A stretch of 64,000 nucleotides of DNA from Candidatus Altimarinota bacterium (GCA_963664295.1 OY760935.1:288001-352000), one strand, 5' to 3'. Numbered from the stretch's first letter, positions 49,078-59,510 are shown. Translations and numbers: made by a program. Notes: generated by a model from the letters alone, not told the origin.

Positions 49078-50082
49078 TTAAAGAGTAATAGAAGGAGTTT
49101 TTAACCAAGACCTTATTTGTTTTTCAGGCACATTGTTAAGTTTGCCAACTAAGATAGCGCGAATAATTTCTGCATTGCGTTTTTTTTGCCAAAAATAAGC
49201 AAAAATAGGATCAGGACCTTCAGATTCCCATTTAGAAGGTTTTAATATACTAAAAAGGTTTTCATCAAGAGCTTTTTCAAGTTCAAGATAAGAATTTATT
49301 TTTTCATCACTAATTTTAGACTTCAGAGTTTCCTTAATAGATAAAGAATTAATTTTATCAATAAAATCACCTAAAGAAGTGCTGTTTTCAAATATTGATT
49401 TATCTAATTCGCCACCTTCAATAAAAAATTCTAAATTACTTTCATTGTTATCAAAGTCCACTCTTCTTAAGAAAGAAAGAATATTTTTAACATCCACATA
49501 TCTTTTAAAGAATTTTTTAATCATAGGGCTAGTTTTTTGAGTCATACTCAAAACTACACCAAGACCAGCTTTTTCAATAATTAGTTCTACTTTTTCAGGA
49601 TTTTTTGTTTTTTCATATACACTTTTACACTCTTCAATTAACTCTGATAATTCTTCAAAATGCTCAAAATGTTCACCTTCGAAAACAATTCTGCGCATTT
49701 TACCACGAGAAACAATACCAAGAGGGGAGAGAAGTGATTTTACATCATCAGCATCTTCTCCCTTTAATAGAGCTTTAATAAGCACCTTGGCATTATAAAC
49801 ATCAAACAATAACCAAAGAAAATTAAAATTACCTTCAATATCCACTGCACTATTGATTAGTTGTTGAACTTCCAATAATCCTGCATCAATAACAGCATTA
49901 AAATCCTCTGGCTTATCAGCCTCGCCCAAAAAGTTTGCCCAGTCTAAATCATTTAAGACTTTAAAGGCCTCCTTAGCATTAGGAGCTGAAACCATGCGTT
50001 CAACTTGAGCAGTAGTCAAAAGTCTAGACTCAAGTGCGCGAATGCGTGCCACTGAACAAATAAAATCGTTTTTAAGAAGCAT
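49078..50082 (-). CDS. ntpC: V/A-type ATP synthase subunit C
   Basis: ARIRALESRLL, D..N.K, F.EGG, GPDPIFAY..IRAILVGK; ATG at 50082 preferred. Confidence 0.9.
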   Translation of the reverse strand: MLLKNDFICSVARIRALESRLLTTAQVERMVSAPNAKEAFKVLNDLDWANFLGEADKPEDFNAVIDAGLLEVQQLINSAVDIEGNFNFLWLLFDVYNAKVLIKALLKGEDADDVKSLLSPLGIVSRGKMRRIVFEGEHFEHFEELSELIEECKSVYEKTKNPEKVELIIEKAGLGVVLSMTQKTSPMIKKFFKRYVDVKNILSFLRRVDFDNNESNLEFFIEGGELDKSIFENSTSLGDFIDKINSLSIKETLKSKISDEKINSYLELEKALDENLFSILKPSKWESEGPDPIFAYFWQKKRNAEIIRAILVGKLNNVPEKQIRSWLKTPSITL

Positions 50083-50650
50083 TAGAACCTTCAAATAATA
50101 TTTTAGCTATTTTTAATTCCACTTTTGGACGTACATTTTTGTCCACAATAGAATCAAAAGAAAAGTCAATTTCTGAGCTTTTGCCCACAAAAAGGAAACC
50201 TCCTGCAAAATCTTTTTCTTCACCTGTTTTATAGTTTTTACTTGCAGTTTTTAAAGCTTTTTCAATAATACCTTTTTGCCCTTTTGCTGGATAAATAGTG
50301 CCATCTTTTTCGTCAATTGTTGTTAAGAAAGCAACAAAAGCTTCTACTAAATCTTTTTCAGGCATTTTACTAAGCTCTTTTTTGGCTTCATTAAAAGCTT
50401 TTTCAAGTAAAGCTCGTTTTTTGTTTAAAAACAAGTTTTTACGCTCACTTTCAGCAAGTGTTTTGGTTTTGCGTTCCATTTCCTGTGATTTTTGCTCAAT
50501 CTCTTCTTGAGATTTTTCACTTATCTTAGTAGCTTGATCTTCAGCATCTTTTTTAATTTTTTGTGCTTCTGCTTCTGCATTATGCACAAGTTGTTTAGCG
50601 TCAGATTGAGCATCTTCCAAGATTTTCTGGACTATATCTGCGAGAGCCAT
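50072..50650 (-). CDS. ntpE: V/A-type ATP synthase subunit E
   Basis: MALADIVQKILEDA coiled coil, GGF..IDFSFD, IAKILF. Confidence 0.9.
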   Translation of the reverse strand: MALADIVQKILEDAQSDAKQLVHNAEAEAQKIKKDAEDQATKISEKSQEEIEQKSQEMERKTKTLAESERKNLFLNKKRALLEKAFNEAKKELSKMPEKDLVEAFVAFLTTIDEKDGTIYPAKGQKGIIEKALKTASKNYKTGEEKDFAGGFLFVGKSSEIDFSFDSIVDKNVRPKVELKIAKILFEGSNAS

Positions 50651-50696
50651 TTTAAAACTTTAAAATTATTTTTTTAAATAAGTAATTATCTTTCAA

Positions 50697-51224
50697 TTAA
50701 GCAACTGCTTCAAGAAGTCTTTCTTTTGTAGCATTTAAAAGTAAGAATGAAGCAAGAAGACCTAAGATAGCGAATGTTTCAACGATTGCAGCAAGCACAA
50801 TTGCTTTACCAGCTTCAGCTGGGTTTTTAGCAACGATATTAGCACCTGCAACAGCAACTTTACCCTGGAAAATACCAGAAAATAAAGAAGTGATAGCTAA
50901 TGGTAAGCAAGCAAAGAAAATTTCCATACCAGCTTCCATTGAAAGACCGCCGATTGTTAAACCTCCTGAGTTAAAAAATGCAATAACCAAGAAAGTTCCA
51001 ATAAGACCGTAGATACCCTGTGAGCCAGGCAAAGCTTCCAAAACAAGAAGTTTACCGAAAGCTTCTGGTTTTTCTGCAGTCACACCAGCACCGGCTTTAC
51101 CTGCAGCGCCTACACCGATTGATGAACCAATACCACCCAAGATGGCAGCCAAAGAAGCACCAAGTACAGCAAGAGCTGGACCCCAGTTGTAGACAGTTTC
51201 TGTAATAGCGATTGTTTCTTCCAT
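50697..51224 (-). CDS. ntpK: V/A-type ATP synthase subunit K (4-TM proteolipid)
   Basis: GIGSSIGVG, LPGSQGIYG, FQGK, IVETFAILG. Confidence 0.95.
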   Translation of the reverse strand: MEETIAITETVYNWGPALAVLGASLAAILGGIGSSIGVGAAGKAGAGVTAEKPEAFGKLLVLEALPGSQGIYGLIGTFLVIAFFNSGGLTIGGLSMEAGMEIFFACLPLAITSLFSGIFQGKVAVAGANIVAKNPAEAGKAIVLAAIVETFAILGLLASFLLLNATKERLLEAVA

Positions 51225-51259
51225 TTTAGTAAAAAATAAAATTTAAAAAATAATTGAAA

Positions 51260-53251
51260 TTAATTTTTTTCCGAAAATAAATATTTAGTTTCCCTTCTTA
51301 AAGGCTCAAAGCGCCTTCCTCCACATTCCAAAAACTTCCCAAAAAATTCAACGAATTGCAATCTGCCTGAGTGAATAAAAGCACCAAGAAGATTAAGACC
51401 AATATTAATCAAATGACCGAAAAGAATAATAAATACAATAACAAAAATAGATAAATAAGAAGGAAGCATGCCTCCGATAGTCAAAGCTACAGAATTAAAC
51501 ACAGTGGCAATAATACCAGTAGCTAAACCAAGAGCAAACAAGCGAGAGTAAGAAAGCACATTAGAGAGCCAACTCATTGCTTCATCAACAAGTCCTAAAA
51601 TTCCAATAAGAATTCTAACAATAGGATTTTTGTTGCCAGTACCAAGCCCCCAAATAACAATTAGCAACAAAGCTAACGCACTCCATTTCATAATAGCAAC
51701 GATACTCTCAGAAGCACCCATTGTAGAACCAGCAACTAACCCTGCTGTCAAAAGAATAAGAACAGCAAGTAAAAAACTAGTAGTAATTGCTTCAAATACT
51801 TTATTGTTTTTCAATTTAATAACACCAGATAGGATTACTCCAAATAAAAGTTGGAAAAATCCCATACCATAAGCCAAAGGCATAATTTTATCAGTCAAAT
51901 CATTGATAGGATTAAATAATTGACCAATAAATTTACCATCTTTTACCAAAAAAGAAGGAGCTTGCTCCACGGTCAATCCAAACCAGCCACCAAAAGCAAC
52001 ACCCATAATAAAAGTGGTAAATCCACAAATAAACATAAGGCGAATCATTTTTCGCATTCCTTCAGCCAAAGGCAATGTTTTTAAGGCTAAAAAGCTAGCA
52101 ATAATCAATAAAACTCCATAACCAGCGTCAGTAAGACAAAAACCAAAGAAAACAGCAAAAAATGGAGCTAAATAAGGAGTAGGATCGATTTCGTCTTTTT
52201 GAGGAAGACCAAAAATTCTAGTGACAGACTCAAAAGCGCCAATTGCTTTGTTGTTTTTAATTTCCACAGGAACTTGTTCGTTTTCTTCGCTTTCAATAGA
52301 AATCAAATCAACATTTTTACTTGTTTTACTAAGTTCATTTTTAAGTTCATCCACTTTATCTTCAGGAACCCAGCCTTCAAGCATAACAACTTTTTCACTA
52401 CTGGCAGTCATCAATTTAGCTTTGTGCTTATTTTTACCCCAAAGATAATAATCATAAGTTAATTTAAGCTTATCAAGCTCTTTTGCCATTTCTTTTAATT
52501 CTTTTTCAAGATTAAAAATTGTACTCTTAGCTTCAACTTCTTCGTCAGCAAGTCTTTTTAGCTCTTCTTTCGGAGTTCGTTCACACTGAGAAAAATCCAT
52601 TTCATCAAAACGGAAAGACTCCAAAAGCTCTTCAACTTCTTTAGCGCTATCTTTATGAAAAAGCACCAAAAAATAAGTATTATTAGTAGTTTCTTCAATG
52701 CTTTCCGCATGAGTATAGTCAATACGAGAAAGGCGAATTAAAAAATCAGCAAAATCTTTAGTGCCAATTTCGCCTAAGCGCATTTCAGTATTATCAGTAT
52801 CACGATCAAAACGAGGAGAAAATTTTAAACTCTCCCACATAGCAAGAGTTCTACGAGTTTCTTCTATTTTTATAATATTTGCTTTTGCAAGGTTTAAGTC
52901 TTCTTCAATTTTTTCACCACGCCTAAATAAAGGTCTGTAGTCAAAATTACTAACAACTTTTTTAATATCTTCTTCATTTCCTTCTATTTGAGCACCAAGT
53001 AGTTTTTCACGAAAATTTTTCTTCTTATTTTCATAAGGAGTAAGAATGCGAATAAGAAAATCAAGCTGAGCAAGCTTAAGCTCATCTTCACTTGTTTTTT
53101 CTTCAGATGGAATAAAAACAGTTTCTTCAAGTTTTTCTTCGTTAATATCCGCAACTTCAAATTGCCCAAATTTTTGCAAACTATTGATAATTTGCTCAAA
53201 ATCATTTTTATAAGCCAAGAGTAAAGCCTTCTGCATGTTTACTATTGCCAT
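51260..53251 (-). CDS. ntpI: V/A-type ATP synthase subunit I
   Basis: MAIVNMQK, LEGWVP, EIDPT, FFGFCLTDAGYG, LSYSRLFAL, RLQFVEFFGKF. Confidence 0.96.
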   Translation of the reverse strand: MAIVNMQKALLLAYKNDFEQIINSLQKFGQFEVADINEEKLEETVFIPSEEKTSEDELKLAQLDFLIRILTPYENKKKNFREKLLGAQIEGNEEDIKKVVSNFDYRPLFRRGEKIEEDLNLAKANIIKIEETRRTLAMWESLKFSPRFDRDTDNTEMRLGEIGTKDFADFLIRLSRIDYTHAESIEETTNNTYFLVLFHKDSAKEVEELLESFRFDEMDFSQCERTPKEELKRLADEEVEAKSTIFNLEKELKEMAKELDKLKLTYDYYLWGKNKHKAKLMTASSEKVVMLEGWVPEDKVDELKNELSKTSKNVDLISIESEENEQVPVEIKNNKAIGAFESVTRIFGLPQKDEIDPTPYLAPFFAVFFGFCLTDAGYGVLLIIASFLALKTLPLAEGMRKMIRLMFICGFTTFIMGVAFGGWFGLTVEQAPSFLVKDGKFIGQLFNPINDLTDKIMPLAYGMGFFQLLFGVILSGVIKLKNNKVFEAITTSFLLAVLILLTAGLVAGSTMGASESIVAIMKWSALALLLIVIWGLGTGNKNPIVRILIGILGLVDEAMSWLSNVLSYSRLFALGLATGIIATVFNSVALTIGGMLPSYLSIFVIVFIILFGHLINIGLNLLGAFIHSGRLQFVEFFGKFLECGGRRFEPLRRETKYLFSEKN

Positions 53252-53254
53252 GGA

Positions 53255-53578
53255 TTATTTTGATAAAAAAGTAGATTTTGTATAACTAACAACTTCTTTG
53301 ACAGCATTTTGAAGATTGCCTTCAGCCGTACTATTTGCATTATTTGCATCTGCCTTTCCTTTTTCTGTCATTTTTGCAAAATCATTTGCACAAGCTTTTT
53401 TCTTTTCAGTTAAGCGAGCGCGCATTTCGTCTTTTGCAAGTTCTTCTGCCTTCTGAATAAGTTCATCAGCTTCTTTTTTTGCGTCAGATAAAATCTGATC
53501 TCTTTTTTCTTCAGCTTTAGATATAACTTTTTTGGCTTCTTCTTCAGCTTTTTGAATTTCTATGATTGGATTTTGCAT
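53255..53578 (-). CDS. V/A-type ATP synthase subunit G/H
   Basis: IIEIQKAEEEAKKVISKAEE coiled coil, first gene of the operon. Confidence 0.8.
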   Translation of the reverse strand: MQNPIIEIQKAEEEAKKVISKAEEKRDQILSDAKKEADELIQKAEELAKDEMRARLTEKKKACANDFAKMTEKGKADANNANSTAEGNLQNAVKEVVSYTKSTFLSK

Positions 53579-53825
53579 CTTTTGTTTATCAAAAATGTCC
53601 AAAATATTCTCAATAAGTCTGCATAAATTGTCAATACCAATTTTTTTAAAAAATATATAAACATAGGTAAGAAGCCAACTCTTTTAAATAAGTTTTTTGT
53701 TATTGGTTTGCAAACTTAAAAAAATATTTCATAATATAAATTTTTTAAACTAAAAATAAGGATTGTTTTATCTTGACTTATTTAAGTTTTTATTATATAA
53801 ATAATAACTATTTTTTAGAGACTTA

Positions 53826-54704
53826 ATGCGAGCAAAAGAAAATCCTAATAATAAGGTTTTATTAGACGCAACAAATGCGCCGGAACATCACACAACAAAC
53901 ACCTTAACAGGTTTAACAGTATCTGAATTGCAAGATTTAGCAGGGTTTCGTTTTCAATTTTCCGATCCAGGCTTAATATCACTAGATCCTGATAATGTAA
54001 GAACAGTTTCTACTTTTAAGGGCTTAAAACATAAAGAGTTGTCTGAGGATCAGAAAAGACTTTATGAAGAACTTTTTGACCTGCTTAGTAGTGAGGATGA
54101 TCTTGCAACTTTTAACAAAAAAAGGAAAGAAATTAATGCGATTATGAATCAAATTACAGATATAACACCATATTATGCAGCAGAATTGATCAGAAAATTA
54201 AATGAAGCAGAGGTAGAGAGAAAAGGTGGCATAACAGTTGCAGGGCTTATTTTGCCAAACCTTACAAACATTACTCCTGAAGTTGCTGAAATATTTGCTG
54301 GCTATAAAGGTAATTTTGTAAAATTAATAGGTACTGAAAATTTACCCCTAAAAGCAATAAAATTTATCGCAGAAAGCAAAAGCGAGCGCAAAAATTCAAG
54401 ACACTTAACATTGCATCTTAAAGCTCTAACTCCAAAAATTGCAAAAATGTTTTTAGATCTTGATATAAAAAAACTTTCTTTAGCTATTGATAATCCTATT
54501 AGCCCAAAATCAGCAAAAATATTAGCAAAATCATCAATAGAATATATAAACTTAAAATTACATCCAATTGTTAATATAGATGCATTAACTGAGCTTGTTA
54601 AATTTCAAGGAAAAGGTTTGAATTTTTTTGGATTTAAAAAAACCCCAGAAATAAAAAAAATATTATCTCACGCAAAAGCAAAGCCTTTTTATTTGGTTAT
54701 TTAA
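53826..54704 (+). CDS. Hypothetical protein with the same LRR-like repeats as 41493-44780
   Basis: ITDITPYYAAELIRKLNE, GLILPNLTNITPEVAEIFAGYKG, LTPKIAK, LVKFQGKGL. Confidence 0.7.
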   Translation: MRAKENPNNKVLLDATNAPEHHTTNTLTGLTVSELQDLAGFRFQFSDPGLISLDPDNVRTVSTFKGLKHKELSEDQKRLYEELFDLLSSEDDLATFNKKRKEINAIMNQITDITPYYAAELIRKLNEAEVERKGGITVAGLILPNLTNITPEVAEIFAGYKGNFVKLIGTENLPLKAIKFIAESKSERKNSRHLTLHLKALTPKIAKMFLDLDIKKLSLAIDNPISPKSAKILAKSSIEYINLKLHPIVNIDALTELVKFQGKGLNFFGFKKTPEIKKILSHAKAKPFYLVI

Positions 54705-54707
54705 TAA

Positions 54708-55976
54708 TCACCCTTCTTCGCCACTGCCACCAACAAGATAAAAATATCCTCTTGGTTGAAAACGAGAGAAAAATCTTTTCATCTCACTGGTTTTATCAAC
54801 TCCTTTGTTGCGTACAAACTGAAACCAAGTTGCATCAAAACCAGCATGAGAACCAGAAAGAATTTGTCTTTCGCCAGGCGCTAAGTTGTCAGTGTATTCA
54901 ACTTTAGTAGGCAAAGCAGAGCGCCACCTGCCAGTATAAGGACCAAAAAGAGCAACCTCACGATTATCTTTTGTGCCATAAAAATGAAAATAAAGATTAG
55001 CTCCCTCTATTCTTGTTTGCATCAAGATAGCTCCAGGAGTGTCATTTTTAAATTTTAAATCCTTGCCACCAAGGTAAATAGTAGCGTCACTACCCCAAGG
55101 TGTATAATAATTAACAGCATAAGCATGTGGCCAACGCTCAACAATTTCTAGTCCAGACAATAATGCAGTACGAAAAGCAGTGGTCGAAACCTGGCATAAA
55201 CCACCACCATAATCAGGCACTGTTTTGTCTCCCTTAATAACAAGTTCTTTGCGATAACCTGTGCGAGCGCTAACTTCGCCCAAATTTGTATTAAAAGAAA
55301 AAACTTCCCCCTTAGGAATAAAAACACCATTAAATCTATTTGCTCCTGTGTGAATATTATGAACCCTATTGCCAGGAGAGCCAGAAAAATCAGATCCACC
55401 AATAGCAACTAATTCTTTTATGCCTTGTTTTTGTAATTCCTCATCATCTACTGTCACATTAGGCGCAATTTCTTCAAAAGAAAGCGTAATATAGGAAATA
55501 TCATTCAAAATTGCTTTTTTTATAATTTCAGCAGATTTTTTGCTATTTATTTTTTCCCCAAAAATACCAATACCTTCAAATTGAACAATACCTTCTTCAT
55601 TTTTATATATACGCACATTTTGAGGATCCTTGTTCCATTCTGTGCCAACATTTTCTTCTAAATATCTAGCAAGTTCATCTGTATTTATTGACCAATTTTC
55701 TTTTATTTCCACTCCATTAGGCAGGGGACTTATTTCTTCTTTATCTAAAGGACAATAATTATTTTGCTCAAAAACAACTTCCTCGCCTTTAAGAAGATAA
55801 TCTTTTTCTTTATGGAAAAATTCAGGGTGTTTAGCAAGATCAAGAGTAATAGCGTTAAAATTGTGTTTTAATGTCAGTGTTCTTTGCCATTTCTCAGGAA
55901 TACCATCATCAGCACTTGCCATGATGGGCAAGCTCATCATTATTACGCCAACGAATATCAATAATATTTTTTTCAC
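54708..55976 (-). CDS. VanW family protein
   Basis: NRVHNI, FSFN..LG, YGGGLCQVSTT, ERWPHAY, DATIY..DLKFKN; G5-like tail. Confidence 0.93.
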   Translation of the reverse strand: MKKILLIFVGVIMMSLPIMASADDGIPEKWQRTLTLKHNFNAITLDLAKHPEFFHKEKDYLLKGEEVVFEQNNYCPLDKEEISPLPNGVEIKENWSINTDELARYLEENVGTEWNKDPQNVRIYKNEEGIVQFEGIGIFGEKINSKKSAEIIKKAILNDISYITLSFEEIAPNVTVDDEELQKQGIKELVAIGGSDFSGSPGNRVHNIHTGANRFNGVFIPKGEVFSFNTNLGEVSARTGYRKELVIKGDKTVPDYGGGLCQVSTTAFRTALLSGLEIVERWPHAYAVNYYTPWGSDATIYLGGKDLKFKNDTPGAILMQTRIEGANLYFHFYGTKDNREVALFGPYTGRWRSALPTKVEYTDNLAPGERQILSGSHAGFDATWFQFVRNKGVDKTSEMKRFFSRFQPRGYFYLVGGSGEEG

Positions 55977-55998
55977 TATTTAGATTGTCTTAATTTTT

Positions 55999-57474
55999 TT
56001 AATTTTTTTCAATGTTTTTCTTAATAACAAGTTTAATAAATTTATAAGTCGCATTCCAGATCCTTTTTATTCTTCTTGGTTCGGTCATTAACCTCCAAAA
56101 CCACTCAAGACCAAGAGAGCGAATTATTTTTGGAGCTCTTTTTTGAGTACCAACAATAAAATCAAAACTACCGCCAATTCCCATAGCAAAGGAGATTTTT
56201 GGCATTTTTTTTAAATTTCGATTGATCCAAATTTCTTGTGCAGGAGCACCAAAAGCAACAAAAAGCACCTCAGCTCCACTTTGGTTAATTTTTTTTATTA
56301 TTCTATGATCATCAAAAGCTTTTGAGCTACCTGAGTCTGTACCAGCCAACACAAAGCGAGAATTTCTTTTTTTAAAATATTTACCACATTTTTCTGCAAC
56401 ACCCTCTGCTCCGCCTAATAAAAAAACTTTTTTATCTGTTTTAAGGCAAAATTGCTTAAAAAGATCACTTCCTTGCGATCTTTCAAAAAGCAAGACTCTT
56501 TTTTTACTAAAAAGAAACTTAATTAAAGACAAAAAAGCAGTAAAAATATTTTTTGTCTTTGTTTGTAAAGCCCAAATAATTCCAGTGCCATCAGCAAAAG
56601 ACAAATCAGCTTTATTTAATATTTTTTTAAATTTTGGATTTTGATTTGCCTCAACACACATCTCCGGATTGGGAGTGACAACAAAAGTTTGTTTTTTCCC
56701 TCTAGAAGCTTGAATAAGATGATTTAAGGCTTGTTCTTTGGAAACAAGGTTAAAGTTTATTCCACAAATCTTTTTTTTATTTATTTTTTTGGCAATAATA
56801 CAAATATTAAAAGCATCATCTGGGCTAACTTTTTTTGCCTTACGGGTGAAAAAAGTTTCCTCAATTTCAAAAAAACTTTCCTTTAATAAATTTTCAAGCT
56901 CTTCATAATCAAAAGCATAATAATAACGAGGAGCTTTGCCTTTGCCAAAGGGGATAATTAAATCTTTTTGATCCCAAAATGGATTAAAAAAAGCTTTAAT
57001 GCGAGCCTTTTTTCTTTGAGGCTCATATTTTTTTTGACTCAATAAGTTCCAAACAGTAATAGCTAATTTACCATCTTTTTTAAGAACTCTATGTATCTCA
57101 GAAAGAGTTTTAAAGCGATCTTTTTTGTTTTTTAAATGATGAAAAGAAGCAATCAAAAAAACAGAATTAAAAAAATCATTTTCATAAGGCAATCTTTTTT
57201 GCATTAAGCCCTTTTTGAACTCAGTTTCAGGATATTTTTGACGAGCAAGCTCCAAAAGTTTTTCAGATATATCTAAACCAAAAGGGATAGCAGAATATCG
57301 CAATATAAAAGGAGTTAAGCGACCATTTCCACAGCCAAGATCAAGAATAAAATCATCTTTTTGGATAATTTTTTCAAAAAATTTAAAATCTGGCCATTCA
57401 TGAGTACGTGCAGAAGAAAAATCTTTTGCAAACAAGTCATAATCTGCCTTTTTTGTGTTAATAATCTTTTTCAT
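55999..57474 (-). CDS. Fusion of a class I SAM methyltransferase (Trm9/ALKBH8-like) and a WecB/TagA/CpsF glycosyltransferase
   Basis: N-half: LDLGCGNGRL, IASFHHL, RVLKKDG, TVWNL, RYYYAF. C-half: VTPNPE, ADGTG, LLGG, FGAPAQE, GIGGSFDF, KRAP, LEWFWRL..EPRR. Confidence 0.9.
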   Translation of the reverse strand: MKKIINTKKADYDLFAKDFSSARTHEWPDFKFFEKIIQKDDFILDLGCGNGRLTPFILRYSAIPFGLDISEKLLELARQKYPETEFKKGLMQKRLPYENDFFNSVFLIASFHHLKNKKDRFKTLSEIHRVLKKDGKLAITVWNLLSQKKYEPQRKKARIKAFFNPFWDQKDLIIPFGKGKAPRYYYAFDYEELENLLKESFFEIEETFFTRKAKKVSPDDAFNICIIAKKINKKKICGINFNLVSKEQALNHLIQASRGKKQTFVVTPNPEMCVEANQNPKFKKILNKADLSFADGTGIIWALQTKTKNIFTAFLSLIKFLFSKKRVLLFERSQGSDLFKQFCLKTDKKVFLLGGAEGVAEKCGKYFKKRNSRFVLAGTDSGSSKAFDDHRIIKKINQSGAEVLFVAFGAPAQEIWINRNLKKMPKISFAMGIGGSFDFIVGTQKRAPKIIRSLGLEWFWRLMTEPRRIKRIWNATYKFIKLVIKKNIEKN

Positions 57475-57503
57475 TAAATAATTATATCACTTTAATTTTG
57501 AAA

Positions 57504-58709
57504 TTATATTTTTTGCCATTCTTTATCCTGCCTGCACAGCTTCTCTGAGTCTTTTGGGTTTTGCAAAAGTTTTTTTACTGCTTTTTCAAGACGCACATTA
57601 TTTTGAGACCCTTTTATTAAAATTAAATCATTTTTTTGAAGTATTTTTTTAAGCTCCTCGCCAGCCTCGTCAGCATTTTTAAAGAATGTAAGAGGTTTTT
57701 TGTTGCCAACACCTTGATAAAAAGCTTCTTGATTTCTTTGTTCACCAACAAAAAATATCATGTCAGCATTTTTTACTGCTACTTCTGCTATTTCGTGATG
57801 AAAATTTTCAGATTTTTTGCCCAACTCATTCATATTACCAAGGAGTGCTATTCTTTTTCTTGCTGGTATTTTTGATAATGTTGTCAGCATTTTTTTAACA
57901 GCCTCAGGTGAAGCATTATAAGAAGAGTCCCAAATAATGCTTTCATTAACTCCTTTCAATATTCTTCCTCTACCTGGAGGCATTTTAAAATTTTCTAGAG
58001 CCTTTTTGATTTTTTCTGCTTTTATACCAGCCTTAAGCCCCAAAATAACCGCAGGAATAATAGAGCTATAATGAAAAGCTCCAAAAATAGGCACAAAATA
58101 CTTCACACCCTGATACTCAAAAGAAAAACCGTTTTTTTGGTCGCGTGCTGTTTTGCCATCAAAATAAATAGTTTCTTTTTTGGCTTTAAAAGTCTGTGTA
58201 TAGATACAATCTTTATTTATAACTCCAAGTTCTGCATTTTCAATTAGCTTTCCTTTTTCTTCTGCAATTTCGCCAAGTGAAGAAAATTGCCCCTTTTCCA
58301 TATGCACTGGTGCAATTTTGGTTAATATTGCTTTTTTTGGTTTTGCAACAGCTAATAATTCGTCCATATCTCCTTTAGTGTCTATCCCATATTCCAAAAC
58401 AAGCTTGTTTGGAATTTTTATTTTTTTAAATTGGATTTTTAATAAAATCCAAATCCACTTAAAAGGATTAGAAAAACCAGATTTTTCATTAACAATAGAA
58501 AGCAAAAGCCCAATAGGAGTATTAAAACCCCCCTTAGAAGCTTGTACGTCATATTGTAAAGACAGAATTTTGCTCAAGGCTTCTTTTGTTGTTGTTTTTC
58601 CTACTGATCCAGTTATTCCATATATCTCTACATTTTTATTTAAAAGCACCTTGTTGGCCTTTTTTTTGAGCAATAAAACAACCAGCTTTTTAAGAGCTTT
58701 TTTCATCAA
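57504..58709 (-). CDS. murF: UDP-MurNAc-tripeptide:D-Ala-D-Ala ligase
   Basis: GITGSVGKTTTKE, FNTPIG, DSSYNASP, LGNMNELG, LIKGSQ. Confidence 0.9.
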   Translation of the reverse strand: MMKKALKKLVVLLLKKKANKVLLNKNVEIYGITGSVGKTTTKEALSKILSLQYDVQASKGGFNTPIGLLLSIVNEKSGFSNPFKWIWILLKIQFKKIKIPNKLVLEYGIDTKGDMDELLAVAKPKKAILTKIAPVHMEKGQFSSLGEIAEEKGKLIENAELGVINKDCIYTQTFKAKKETIYFDGKTARDQKNGFSFEYQGVKYFVPIFGAFHYSSIIPAVILGLKAGIKAEKIKKALENFKMPPGRGRILKGVNESIIWDSSYNASPEAVKKMLTTLSKIPARKRIALLGNMNELGKKSENFHHEIAEVAVKNADMIFFVGEQRNQEAFYQGVGNKKPLTFFKNADEAGEELKKILQKNDLILIKGSQNNVRLEKAVKKLLQNPKDSEKLCRQDKEWQKI

Positions 58710-58727
58710 ATAATTTAAATTCTATTA

Positions 58728-59510
58728 TTAAAAGCTTGAATCCAAAGAAAGGATATTTTTATCAAAATAATAACGATAAACAGTGTCATTTTCTCCAAAT
58801 AATTCTATATAGGCACCATTTCTTTTGCCAAATTTCACAGGACAATCATTGCAAGCGCCATCAGGCAAAATAACTTCACTCAAAACCTTATTTTCATAAT
58901 CATATTTAAGCATATGAAATTCTGATTCATTATTAAATCCAGCACCTAAGAAAAAGGCGGTTTTTCCTTCGCTAGACGCGCAACCACCAAAAAAATCCTC
59001 AGGTTTCAAAGAGCGATTTTGTAAAGAAAAGAAAATGGCTTCATTTTCTAATTCTGCTTTAAAATCGTTATACCAACCATTTGCATAAAACTTAGAAACA
59101 GCACCACAAGCGTCAAAAGCATATTCTTTTTGCTCAATTTGATTTAAATAATCCATAACTATGCCTTTAAATTCCCCAGCACCTTGAGATTGGGCACTAG
59201 GACGTTTTTTTAAATTAGCTTCCAAGGTTTTTATTTTTTGATTAGCTTTTTCAAGCTCTTCAATGCAAGCACCTGATTTTTCTTCACATTGTGTAATATC
59301 ATCATCACCTGTTGTTTCTTCGTCTGTATTTTCCTCTGCTCCTTCTTCAGTTTCAGCATTTTCTTCGTCTGTAGAGGCAATATTTTCATCAGAAATTAGA
59401 TTTTTTTCAGAAGGTGGCAAAAGTTCTTCTGTGTTTTCTTCTGTGCTTGTTTGTCCACATGCGCTTAAGAAAAGTAAACAAAAACTTAAAACAAATAATT
59501 TCTTTTTCAT
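58728..59510 (-). CDS. Lipoprotein of unknown function
   Basis: Lipobox FLSAC-G, acidic linker, short coiled coil, Cys-containing C-domain. Confidence 0.75.
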   Translation of the reverse strand: MKKKLFVLSFCLLFLSACGQTSTEENTEELLPPSEKNLISDENIASTDEENAETEEGAEENTDEETTGDDDITQCEEKSGACIEELEKANQKIKTLEANLKKRPSAQSQGAGEFKGIVMDYLNQIEQKEYAFDACGAVSKFYANGWYNDFKAELENEAIFFSLQNRSLKPEDFFGGCASSEGKTAFFLGAGFNNESEFHMLKYDYENKVLSEVILPDGACNDCPVKFGKRNGAYIELFGENDTVYRYYFDKNILSLDSSF

